The translations under genes were made by a program, and so were the position numbers. This document shows positions 51,793 through 60,709 of a stretch of DNA of 64,000 nucleotides, in pieces. Under the pieces are notes generated by a model, which saw only the letters and a list, made by a program, of their open reading frames with translations, had not been told where the DNA came from and did no database searches. The stretch is from an uncultured Steroidobacteraceae bacterium. GTDB lineage: Bacteria > Pseudomonadota > Gammaproteobacteria > Steroidobacterales > Steroidobacteraceae. Position 1 is the stretch's first letter. The number at the start of each line of letters is the position of its first letter. The DNA lies in the NCBI GenBank assembly GCA_964657625.1, contig CAZZVN010000008.1, positions 4,639-68,638 of the forward strand, in the 5' to 3' direction.

Positions 51793-53483
51793 TGCCCTGC
51801 CGCCGGAGGATACAGCGTGACGAGTTTTCGCATGACGCCGTTCGTCCAGCCGAAGCCATCCTGTAGCGGGTACTCGCCGCCCCCGCCGCGGCGGCCGGTC
51901 GTGATCACATCGTATTTCTCGACCAGCTTGCCGGTGTCCTCGTAGACCGCCTCGACGCTCGTCATGAAGCGGCAGGCGATGGTCGCCGCGAGCGCGGCCT
52001 GCCCATATCGACGCAGGCCGTCCACGGCGATCCACTGCAACGGCGCCCAACCGTTCGGGGCGTCCCATTGCTGCCCCGTGGCGAAGGGAGTCGTGACCAC
52101 ACCGCCTGCCGCGAGCAAGTCGTGGTTTGTGGCCCGCGCGACCGCGGCCGCCTGCGAGTCGCCGGCCACGGCGACGAACAGCGGATACAGGGTGGCCGCC
52201 GACAGCCGCGGCACGCTCTCGCGGCGGGTCCAGCGGTAGTCCAGATAAGCGCCGCGCCGCGCGTTCCACAGGTACTTGTCGATGCCTGCGTGGCGGGCGG
52301 TGGCCCGGCGCGCAAACTCACGGCTGCATGCGGCGTCCCGTGTTCGCCCGCAGCCGTCACCGATGGCCCGCTCCAGACCGAACAGCAGACTGTTCAAATC
52401 GACGGGCACGATCTCGGTCGTGTCGAGCGTGGCGGTCGTTTTACCGTCGGCGAACCATCTTGAGCCAAAGTCCCACCCGCTCTCCGCGGCGGCGCGAATG
52501 TCGCGATACAGCCGCCGCGGCTCGCGTCCGCTCGACCGCGCGAGCTGCGTATCCTCGCGGTAGGACTCGTCGCGCGGCGTGTCGCGATCGTCCCAGTAGC
52601 GGTTGAGGAGGGTGCCGTCGGCGAGCGCCACCACCCGCCGCCGTGCCGCGCCGTGCCGCAGACCCAGGGCTCCGTTCATCCAGAATGCATACTCGCGGCG
52701 CAATTCAGGCAGGTAGCGGGCATACGCCGCGGCGGGATCGTCGGGCGAGAGCAGGCCTACCATGGCGAAGAAAAAGGGCGGCTGCGAGCGGCTGAGGTAG
52801 TAGGTGCGGGCTCCGTTCGGCACGTGTCCGTAGGTGTCGATGAGGTACGCAAAATTTTTCACCATGTCCTCGACCAGGGAACGACGCCCGCTCTCGAGCA
52901 GGCCCAGCATGGTGAAGTACGAATCCCAATAGTAGATTTCCCGGAAGCGTCCACCCGGCACGACATAGGCGTGCGGCAGCGACAACAACGAAGAATACGG
53001 GGACGCCGTGGTCGTGCGCCGCGTGAGCGGATCCCACAACCGGTCGATATGCTCCACGATGGAGACCGTGTCCGGCGCCGCCGCCGGCGCCAGCACGGCC
53101 GGCGGCAGGGAAAAATACTCGAGGACGAAACTGCGCAGGGCTTGCGGGGTCGAGGGTTGCCGGGCGCGATACGCCGACATGATCTGCGCCGGCGGCACCT
53201 TGGGTATGGCATCGGCAAAGTCCTTGCCGTCGGGCAGCAGCTCGGACTCTTGCACCGCGGCGAACAGACCGGGAAAGAGGTCTTGCGGAGGCGCGGGGTG
53301 GGTCGGTACGGGTGGTGCGCCGGCGGCGAGGGCCGGTATGGCCGCACGGGCGGGGGCAGCCGCGTGAGTGGGTGCGGTCAGCACGGACCACAGGGCCGAC
53401 GCGATGACCATCGCAAGGCCGACGGCCCGCGTGGGCCGGCAGGCAGCGCGCCGGTGCAGCGATGTGGAGACTGCGCACTTCAC
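51726..53483 (-). CDS. treA: Periplasmic trehalase (GH37)
   Basis: VVPGGRFREIYYWDSYFTMLGLL, YYLSRSQPPFF, ESGWDFSSRW-like ESGWDFGSRWF, and QWDAPNGWAPLQW...GGGGEYPLQDGFGWTNGV are GH37 signatures. GTG 53483 overlaps the GH65 stop. ATG 53411 is an alternative start. Confidence 0.9.
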   Translation of the reverse strand: MKCAVSTSLHRRAACRPTRAVGLAMVIASALWSVLTAPTHAAAPARAAIPALAAGAPPVPTHPAPPQDLFPGLFAAVQESELLPDGKDFADAIPKVPPAQIMSAYRARQPSTPQALRSFVLEYFSLPPAVLAPAAAPDTVSIVEHIDRLWDPLTRRTTTASPYSSLLSLPHAYVVPGGRFREIYYWDSYFTMLGLLESGRRSLVEDMVKNFAYLIDTYGHVPNGARTYYLSRSQPPFFFAMVGLLSPDDPAAAYARYLPELRREYAFWMNGALGLRHGAARRRVVALADGTLLNRYWDDRDTPRDESYREDTQLARSSGREPRRLYRDIRAAAESGWDFGSRWFADGKTTATLDTTEIVPVDLNSLLFGLERAIGDGCGRTRDAACSREFARRATARHAGIDKYLWNARRGAYLDYRWTRRESVPRLSAATLYPLFVAVAGDSQAAAVARATNHDLLAAGGVVTTPFATGQQWDAPNGWAPLQWIAVDGLRRYGQAALAATIACRFMTSVEAVYEDTGKLVEKYDVITTGRRGGGGEYPLQDGFGWTNGVMRKLVTLYPPAAGHQTVAQCLATAGGDDPAASKVK

Positions 53484-55774
53484 GGCAGATGCGGCGTCAC
53501 GGTACGTTGAACCCGACCGGATTTTCTCGAGATCATGACATCCATCGAGCGACCGCGCACGTTGAGATTCTTGAGTTTGAGGAAGCTGAGCGACGGCGGC
53601 AGCGCGGGCGGAAACTTCTCTGCGAGGCCATGGGTATCGAGCCGCAGCCCGCTCAAGCCGAACAAAAAAGCCTGTAGATATCCGCCGGAGGTGGCGAGCA
53701 GGTATATCGAATCGTTCTGCGGGGTTTCGCTGCGCACGTTGAAGGGGGGCTTGAGGAACGGATCGGCGCCGCCCGACGCGGCGCTGTCTGCCGCGCCGCC
53801 GCCCGGCGCAGCACTGGACGGCGCGGCGCCGAGGAAGTCGGCGAAATACGCGGTATTGCCGGCCACCGTCGCCTGGATGGCGAGCATCACCAGGATCATC
53901 TGGTTGGCGCGGTCGCGGACCTTGCCGATCGCCTCGACCGAGTGTCGCAGCAGCCCTTGCAGCGTGGCGCCGTCGGCATCGAAGCCGAGCGCCGGGATGC
54001 TGAGCATGGGCACCGACGTTGCCATCCAGGACGTGGTCTTGTCGTGCGGCGTGCTGGGGTCGAAATCCTGATACGTGCCGCCCGTGGTACGGGCCGGTCG
54101 ATACAGCCGGTCGGCGACGGTGAGCCAACCTGCGTGCGCGGTGCGGCCGAGAACTTTCGCGGCCTCGATGGCGGCCTGCAAGCTGCGCCAGGCGACCTCG
54201 TTGGTGTAGATTTCGTTGTCCACGTGCAGGTAATCCTCCTCCGGCGACGTGACGTCGAGCACCTCGAAGCGGTCGCGTGTGGCGTTCGGGGTGACGCGCG
54301 CCGCCCAGAAATCCGCGACGGCGGAGAGCACCGGATAGCCCTGGCTCGCCAGCCAGCCGCGGTCACCGCTCGCGAGATAGTACTGCCACTGGGCGAGCGC
54401 CACCGCCCCGTCGACGTGGATCTCCCGGTCGGCATTTTCGACCGCGAAGGCCGGTGTGACGTCCTCGCCCGTTCCAGGGTCGGCCTCCCAGGGATACATC
54501 GCGCCGGGAAAGCCGTGCGCGGCGGCACGCGCGAGCGCCTGCGGCAGCGTGCGCACGCGGAATTCGATCAACGGTCTGGCGCGCTCCGGGTGCAGCAGCA
54601 GCAATGCGGGGAACACCCAGAGATCGTTGTCCCAGAAAACATGGCCGAAGTAATGGCTGCTGAATCCGCAGGCGGCCACGGGCCAGGTGGTCCCCGCGGT
54701 GGTATTTTCCAGCAGGTAGAAGAGGTCCGAGTGAATCGTGCGCTGAAGGGTCGAGTCGCCGCCGACTTCGATGTCGCTTCGCCAGAGTTTCTCCCAGGCG
54801 CGGCTGTGTGCCGCCTGCAGCGCCCGCAATCCGGTGCTGCGAAATCGGCCCGCCAGGATGCGATCGGCAGCCGCGTCGCCGCCCCAGCCCTCGGCCGACG
54901 CGGCGACGTACTTGGTGACGCGATAGCGTCGGTTGCGCTGTACCTGCGCGTCGACCTCGAGCCCGAGCACGCCTTCCTCGCTCGTGAACCGGGTGCGCAC
55001 CTGACGCAGCGTCGCCGGCAGCGCCACCGCGACGGCAAGACCCAGACGCCGGTCGCCCACGGCGCCCGCGTCCATCCACAGCATTCGCGCGGCCGCGTCG
55101 CCGCCCGACGTCACGATGTTCACCTGACCGGGATACCAGATCGCGCTGCGATTGCCGCCGGCGGCAAGATCGGGCTGGCTGGCCGCGTCCGCGGCGGCGG
55201 CAAATTGCTCCGCACTGAGGCGCGCGAGCGGCAGCCGTACCGGTGGAGGAAGCCCGCGCAGCGTGAATCGCAGACGGATCCTGCCCGAAAAACGCGGCGT
55301 CAGCTCGAGCGTGACGGCCGCAAGATGCGCATCGCTCTGGCTGACGAAAGTGGTGGTGGACAGGTCGCTGGTATGCGCGCCCGCCCGCCAGCGATAGCGA
55401 GTGCGCAGCACCGCGCCGTGCATGTCGAGGCTCTGCCGGTAGTGGCTGAACGCAGGCGTCGTGACGTTGCCACCGCTCAGCCAGTGCGCGCCGTCGAAGT
55501 AGTCGATTTCATTCCACTCAGGCACGGCGGCCGGTCGTGACACGTCGCCCGGAGTACGATCCATGAGTCCGACCATCTGTGAGGACGTCGGCGCCACGCC
55601 GAGGGGGGAACTCGCGACCGACCAATAGCCGTTGGCGAGATAGGTCGGATAATAATTCCCGAGATCCTGCTGGGTGGCCTGCAACGTGAACGAGTCGGCC
55701 GCCGTGACGGCGGCGGCAGCGCCCGTCACGGCCACCGGCAAGGTGGCGCAGAGCGCCAGCAACCGGGCGCGCAT
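53480..55774 (-). CDS. Secreted glycoside hydrolase family 65 protein
   Basis: Signal MRARLLALCATLPVAVTGAAAA. An N-terminal beta-sandwich, then an (alpha/alpha)6 core with GHVFWDNDLWVFPALLLLHPE.ARPLIEFR...GAMYPWEADPGTGEDVTP...EIHVDGAVALA, typical of GH65. Confidence 0.8.
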   Translation of the reverse strand: MRARLLALCATLPVAVTGAAAAVTAADSFTLQATQQDLGNYYPTYLANGYWSVASSPLGVAPTSSQMVGLMDRTPGDVSRPAAVPEWNEIDYFDGAHWLSGGNVTTPAFSHYRQSLDMHGAVLRTRYRWRAGAHTSDLSTTTFVSQSDAHLAAVTLELTPRFSGRIRLRFTLRGLPPPVRLPLARLSAEQFAAAADAASQPDLAAGGNRSAIWYPGQVNIVTSGGDAAARMLWMDAGAVGDRRLGLAVAVALPATLRQVRTRFTSEEGVLGLEVDAQVQRNRRYRVTKYVAASAEGWGGDAAADRILAGRFRSTGLRALQAAHSRAWEKLWRSDIEVGGDSTLQRTIHSDLFYLLENTTAGTTWPVAACGFSSHYFGHVFWDNDLWVFPALLLLHPERARPLIEFRVRTLPQALARAAAHGFPGAMYPWEADPGTGEDVTPAFAVENADREIHVDGAVALAQWQYYLASGDRGWLASQGYPVLSAVADFWAARVTPNATRDRFEVLDVTSPEEDYLHVDNEIYTNEVAWRSLQAAIEAAKVLGRTAHAGWLTVADRLYRPARTTGGTYQDFDPSTPHDKTTSWMATSVPMLSIPALGFDADGATLQGLLRHSVEAIGKVRDRANQMILVMLAIQATVAGNTAYFADFLGAAPSSAAPGGGAADSAASGGADPFLKPPFNVRSETPQNDSIYLLATSGGYLQAFLFGLSGLRLDTHGLAEKFPPALPPSLSFLKLKNLNVRGRSMDVMISRKSGRVQRTVTPHLP

Positions 55775-55788
55775 CGCGTTGCGCGGAC

Positions 55789-58272
55789 CTAGAATTTGTA
55801 GCGCAACTGCACCTGTCCCTCGCGTCCGAAGATGGGACGTGCGAGTTCGAAGCCGCCGGTGATGCCGGAGGTGATCACCCGCGCATTGCCTTCGGTCAAA
55901 CCCAGCTGGTCGGTGAGATTGGTGCCCTGCAGACGAACCTCGAACCTCGAACCGAAGCCGGCGACGAGACCGGCATCGAGGGTGTAGTACTTCGGCAGGT
56001 ACTGCGTGTTGGCCGGGTCGGAATAGCGGGCACCGATGAAGCTGTAGGTCGCGAAGGCGCGCAGTTCACCCCAGGGCAGCGGCAGGTGGTATTCCGGCGT
56101 GAACCGAAACTGCAGCTTGGGCTGACGCTGCAGCTCATCGTCGTTGGTCGCGGTACCCGTGAAGCCACGGTACCGGGCGTGCTGATAATCGCCGGTAAGG
56201 TTGAAGCTCAACGCGGCGAGCGGCTGCCAACGGCCCTCGAGCTTCACGCCATAGGCCACCGAGCCGTAGCTCGCCGTGTAGTTGGTGCCGTCGGCGAGAA
56301 AGGCTTGGAAGGGCACACCCGCGAACTGGGTGCGGAACACATCCGCAAATCCATACAAGGTGTCGCTCTGCGCGCGGTAACCCACTTCGGCGTTCTCCAC
56401 GTGCTGGGACTGCGGCTGGCCGTTGCGCAGGTCGTCGAAGCCGGGAAAGTGGACGCCTTCCGTCCAGCGGGCAAAGACGCTCATACGCTGCGTGATCTCG
56501 TAGTTCGCGCCCGCCGAATACGAACCCAGGGTGTGGTCGTAGTGCACCGGGGTGAACGAGCCGTTGGCGACGCTGGTGCCGTTGTTGTAGAGCGTCAGGG
56601 CATTATTGTCCAGATCCACGCTGCTGTCGTTCTCGATGCTGCCGTTGATGCGTTGGTTCTCCAGGCGGTAACCCGCATCGAACAGCCACGAGCCCACGCG
56701 CCATTGATCCGAAAGGAACAGGGCGGTGTTACGGCCGTCGAAGTAGTCGACCAGGCTGTAGAACGAGCCGCTGATCTGGCCGTTGCGCGTGACCTGAGCG
56801 CCGTTGTTCAGGGTCAGATCGATCAGCTGTGCGTTCGGCTGGGCGGTGATCAACAGGTTGTTGCCGAGATACCAGGTGTCATCGGAGGAATAGCTCGCGA
56901 AGTAGCCACCGACGGTCAGGGAATTGCCGGTGAACAAATCGGTGGAGAAGCGCAACTCGTCCGTGAAGGCGCGGATCCGCTTGTCCACGACCCAGAACCC
57001 CACCGAGGCCACCTGGGTGGCGGGATCGACGGCACCGCCGCCGTTCACGTAGGTCGCCGTGCCGCCCGTGGCGGCTACGCCGCCCGCGGCCGCGAGCACC
57101 GCCGGCGTGTTGTTGGCACTGTTCACCTGCGAGGCGGTGAACGACCCCATGGTCTGCGGACTGAGGTTGTTGAACAAGGCGTTGGTGGGTACGTTGCCGG
57201 CCGTGAAGCCGAGTTTGTTGCTCAGCTTCCAGGCGCCCAAGTCCAGATCCAGATCGGAACCGAATACATGGATGTCCGCGCCGCGCCCATCCGCGAGGTC
57301 GGCACTGATGGTGCCCGGCGGCGTGCCTGGAAACTCCTGGACCTGCAACCCGCGCAGCGCGTTGCCTGCGAAGGTGCCGGTCAGCGCACTGAAGCCCGGG
57401 AACGGCGACACACCGCGACCGTTCGCGCTCACGCTGAGCGGCACGTCGGTGATGAACAAATTCTTGTCGCTCAGCACGCGCGCGTAGAACATGATGCTGC
57501 CCGCGTCCAACGTGTGGGTCAGCGTGCCGGTCAGCTGACCACCGATATCGGAGGGGTACTGCGGGCTGCGCACGCCGTTCGAATCGCGATAGAACCCGGC
57601 GATGCTCATGTACCAGTCCTGGGCGATCGGGCCGCTGTAGAAGCCGTCGATCCGGTACATGCCCTCGGAGCCGAACGTGACGGCGAGATCGCCCTGCGCC
57701 TTCGCGGTGCCCTGACGCAGGATGAAGTTCGCCGTTTCACCGATCTGGCCGTTGGAAAACACGACCGCGGGACCGCCCAGCACGAACTCCGCGCGTTCGA
57801 CGGACTCATCGAGACGGAACAGCGAGGAGTTGTCCATGAAGGAGAGCGTGGAGGCCGGATAGATGGGCGCCCCGTTCAGCTGATACGTCACGTAGGGCGC
57901 ATCGCCACCGCCGGGAAAGCCGACCAGTTCTATGTTCGCGCCAGTCTCGCCGCCGCTCGATTCAGCCCAGACGCCCGGGACGATTTTGAGCAGGTCCGCC
58001 GCGCTCGACGGCTGTGCGGTGCGGATTTCCTCGAGACTTGCCGTGTTGATCGAAAAGCTGGCATCGAGCTTCTTCAATCCCGCGGCCTGCGGCGTACCGG
58101 TGACGACTATTTCATCGAGCGTACTGGTGTTCGCGGTGCTCTGATCCACCACCGTCTTGTCCGCCGGCGTGGCGTCGGTCGCGGTCGTTGCCTGCGCCCC
58201 GACGGGGCGCGCGGACAAAAATAAACCGTTCAGGCACAGCACCGCCATGCAGGTAAATGCTTCGTTCTTCAT
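55789..58272 (-). CDS. TonB-dependent outer-membrane receptor
   Basis: Signal MKNEAFTCMAVLCLNGLFLSARPVGAQA. LDEIVVTGT TonB-box region. Plug IVPGVWAESSGGETGANIELVGF. Barrel ending ...GQVQLRYKF. AGGGGGAA upstream of the ATG. Confidence 0.9.
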   Translation of the reverse strand: MKNEAFTCMAVLCLNGLFLSARPVGAQATTATDATPADKTVVDQSTANTSTLDEIVVTGTPQAAGLKKLDASFSINTASLEEIRTAQPSSAADLLKIVPGVWAESSGGETGANIELVGFPGGGDAPYVTYQLNGAPIYPASTLSFMDNSSLFRLDESVERAEFVLGGPAVVFSNGQIGETANFILRQGTAKAQGDLAVTFGSEGMYRIDGFYSGPIAQDWYMSIAGFYRDSNGVRSPQYPSDIGGQLTGTLTHTLDAGSIMFYARVLSDKNLFITDVPLSVSANGRGVSPFPGFSALTGTFAGNALRGLQVQEFPGTPPGTISADLADGRGADIHVFGSDLDLDLGAWKLSNKLGFTAGNVPTNALFNNLSPQTMGSFTASQVNSANNTPAVLAAAGGVAATGGTATYVNGGGAVDPATQVASVGFWVVDKRIRAFTDELRFSTDLFTGNSLTVGGYFASYSSDDTWYLGNNLLITAQPNAQLIDLTLNNGAQVTRNGQISGSFYSLVDYFDGRNTALFLSDQWRVGSWLFDAGYRLENQRINGSIENDSSVDLDNNALTLYNNGTSVANGSFTPVHYDHTLGSYSAGANYEITQRMSVFARWTEGVHFPGFDDLRNGQPQSQHVENAEVGYRAQSDTLYGFADVFRTQFAGVPFQAFLADGTNYTASYGSVAYGVKLEGRWQPLAALSFNLTGDYQHARYRGFTGTATNDDELQRQPKLQFRFTPEYHLPLPWGELRAFATYSFIGARYSDPANTQYLPKYYTLDAGLVAGFGSRFEVRLQGTNLTDQLGLTEGNARVITSGITGGFELARPIFGREGQVQLRYKF

Positions 58273-58429
58273 TGTGTTCCCCCTAAAAAGCCAACATCGT
58301 TCCGCCGTTTATGAATGATCGGCGAGTAACGTCATGTTCAAGACCAGTATACGGCCGACGCAGCGCAGATCGCCATCCCCCCACGCGCCTGTAAAGCTCG
58401 GCCGGTTCGCAGCGCGGTAGCCGACCGCC

Positions 58430-58867
58430 CTATACCGCCACGGCAGCGAAGCCCGGCAGCACGGGGGCGTCGGTCTCGAAGTCGGCGAGCAGGCTCACGA
58501 GGGCCACCAAGGCCGACCAGACCGCGGCGTCGCTGTTCGGTGCGCGCGTGGCGATGGCGGCTTTGGCAGCGTATTCCAGCGCATGCGCGGCGGCGGCAAT
58601 GTCCTTGAATTCGAATATCGCCGCCGTGCCCTTCAAACGGTGCGCACGAAAATTCACGTCCTCGAAAATCTTGCCCGGACTCTCCTCGGCATGTGCCAGC
58701 GCCGCGCTCAGGCTCGCGAAATGCATCCGCTCGCTCTGCAGACGTGCGCGAAACAGTCCGCTCAACGAATTGAACTCGTCGTCGAGTCGGCCGTCCTGGC
58801 CGCGCGCCGTGCCGGGGGGGCGGGCTGTCCGGGTTCGGGGCGAGACTGGATGTTCAATAGGTTTCAT
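58430..58867 (-). CDS. Stand-alone Hpt (histidine phosphotransfer) protein
   Basis: FRAHRLKGTAAIFEFKDIAAAAHALE is the Hpt phospho-His helix. ATG 58867 is preceded by GGGGAGGA. Confidence 0.8.
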   Translation of the reverse strand: MKPIEHPVSPRTRTARPPGTARGQDGRLDDEFNSLSGLFRARLQSERMHFASLSAALAHAEESPGKIFEDVNFRAHRLKGTAAIFEFKDIAAAAHALEYAAKAAIATRAPNSDAAVWSALVALVSLLADFETDAPVLPGFAAVAV

Positions 58868-58883
58868 CGATCCTCCCCGCGCG

Positions 58884-59873
58884 TCAGTCGCGTCTTTTGC
58901 TGGCATAGAGATTTCGATCCGCCGCGTGCAGCAGATTTTTCAACGCCGCGGCGCCCGAGCCGGTGGCGCCCGATTCCAACGCCGTCACGCCGATGCTCGC
59001 CGTGAAGCTCACCGGGCCGGTGAGGGTGGCCACCGGATGTCCCGCGATCACGTGACGCAGTTTGCGGGCGACCACGTTGGCGCCCAGCAGCGTCGTCTCG
59101 GGCAGCACGATCACGAATTCATCGCCGCCGACGCGGGCCAGCCAGTCACTGGTCTTGCGCAGGCAGCCCTGCGAGCGGAGGGTGAACGCCTGCAGAACGA
59201 GATCGCCCGCCGGATGCCCGTGATCGTCGTTGACGCGTTTGAACGCGTCGATGTCGCAGCTCAGGATTGCCAGGGGATGTTCGTAGCGTCGGCAGCGTGC
59301 AAGCTCGCGCGGCAGATGGGTCATGAGGTAACGCAGGTTGTTCGCCCCCGTCAGCGGATCGGTGGTGGCGAGCCGGCGGTTCTCCTGGTTGCTGGTGCGA
59401 AGCGACGTCTCGACGTGGGTGATGCGGCGTCCGATCTCGACACGCGCCAGGATCTCCTCCACCGGCGCGCCCTTCACCACGTAGTCGTCCGCACCGGCGG
59501 CAAGACCTGCGAGGACGTCTTCCTTGGTGGCCCGCACGGTGAGCATCATCACGTAGATGTAGCATTCGTGATGCCGGGTGCGTATGTGGCGGCACAGCGC
59601 CAGCCCGTCCATGTCGGCCATCTGCCAGTCGGTGAGGACGATCTGACAGTGTGATTCTTTCAACACCGCGAGCGCCTCCTCGCCGGAGGCCGCCACCTCC
59701 ACCTCGTAGTTGGACGTCTTGAGCAGCGCGACCAGGCGTGCCCGCACCAGGTCATCGTCATCGACGACGAGCACCCGGCACCCGTCGGACGAACGAAGGC
59801 GGTTCGACAAGATGGTGTCGTGCAGATCGACGGAGGGGTCGTCCAGCAAACCCGCGCTGTACTCAAGACCCAT
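58884..59873 (-). CDS. Response regulator-diguanylate cyclase (REC-GGDEF)
   Basis: REC: VLVVDDDDLV...IVLTDWQMADMDG...GADDYVVKG. GGDEF domain: DPLTGANNLRY...SCDIDAFKRVNDDHGHPAGD...ARVGGDEFVIVL. The position of the RxxD I-site reads KTSD. Confidence 0.9.
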   Translation of the reverse strand: MGLEYSAGLLDDPSVDLHDTILSNRLRSSDGCRVLVVDDDDLVRARLVALLKTSNYEVEVAASGEEALAVLKESHCQIVLTDWQMADMDGLALCRHIRTRHHECYIYVMMLTVRATKEDVLAGLAAGADDYVVKGAPVEEILARVEIGRRITHVETSLRTSNQENRRLATTDPLTGANNLRYLMTHLPRELARCRRYEHPLAILSCDIDAFKRVNDDHGHPAGDLVLQAFTLRSQGCLRKTSDWLARVGGDEFVIVLPETTLLGANVVARKLRHVIAGHPVATLTGPVSFTASIGVTALESGATGSGAAALKNLLHAADRNLYASKRRD

Positions 59874-59882
59874 GGAAGTCCT

Positions 59883-60545
59883 TCATTGGGTGGTCATCTC
59901 GTGTTCGATGGCGAAACGAATGAGGGCGGCCCGATTGCCCACCCCCAGCTTCGACATCAGACGCCCGCGGTAGGTGTCCACCGTTTTGCGCGACAGGTAA
60001 AGATGGCGCGCGATTTCGGCGCTCGACGCACCCGCACAAATGCGGTGCAGCACCTCGCGTTCGCGGGTCGTGAGGCGCTCGATGGGGCTGCGGGACAGGG
60101 ACAAGTTCAACATTCCGGCGACGCCGAGATGGGCGATGCTGGGGCTCAAGAAGCGTTGGCCTTTGATGACGCTGTCGACCGCCTGGGAGATCTCGCCGAC
60201 CACGGCGTATTTGCTGACATAGCCGAGCGCGCCTGCACGCAAAGCCCGATGGACGTGCTCGGCGGAATGACTGGCCGACAAAATGATCACGCGGGCGGCG
60301 GGGAGGTGACCGAGAATATGTTCGGTCGCATCGATGCCATTCAGATCCGGTAACACCAGATCCATCAACACGACCTCGGGTCTCAAGTCCTGGGCGGCGA
60401 GGATGGCCTCCCGCCCGGTACCGACCGAGGCGACGACTTCATATAGGCGATCCTTTTCCAACAGGACGGCCAGACCGTCACGGACGATGCTGTGGTCGTC
60501 GACCACCATGATGCGCGCGCGCGGCGTGTGGGAGTGGATGTTCAC
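59883..60545 (-). CDS. NarL/FixJ (LuxR-type) response regulator
   Basis: IMVVDDHSIVRDGL...VVLMDLVLPDLNG...IILSAS... plus the HTH LTTREREVLHRICAGASSAEIARHLYLSRKTVDTYRGRLMSKLG. GTG start. Confidence 0.9.
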   Translation of the reverse strand: MNIHSHTPRARIMVVDDHSIVRDGLAVLLEKDRLYEVVASVGTGREAILAAQDLRPEVVLMDLVLPDLNGIDATEHILGHLPAARVIILSASHSAEHVHRALRAGALGYVSKYAVVGEISQAVDSVIKGQRFLSPSIAHLGVAGMLNLSLSRSPIERLTTREREVLHRICAGASSAEIARHLYLSRKTVDTYRGRLMSKLGVGNRAALIRFAIEHEMTTQ

Positions 60546-60709
60546 CGGGTCGGACTCACCTTGGGATCTCTCGACATAAGTCGAAATTCAGGTTACCGAT
60601 CGGAAAATCCGCAACCGTGGCCCGCACCACAGTTACCGCATGTTGCGCTGCGCGAAGAAGGCTGATGATGCGGGGAGCCGCAGCCGCCGCGGGGCGCCGC
60701 AGTGTTGCG

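Noticed and set aside
58346-58351. TATACT (minus strand) as a -10 box for the 55789-58272 receptor gene.
   Set aside because: It is a good hexamer, but there is no convincing -35 at 16-18 bp spacing. It cannot be distinguished from chance without TSS data.
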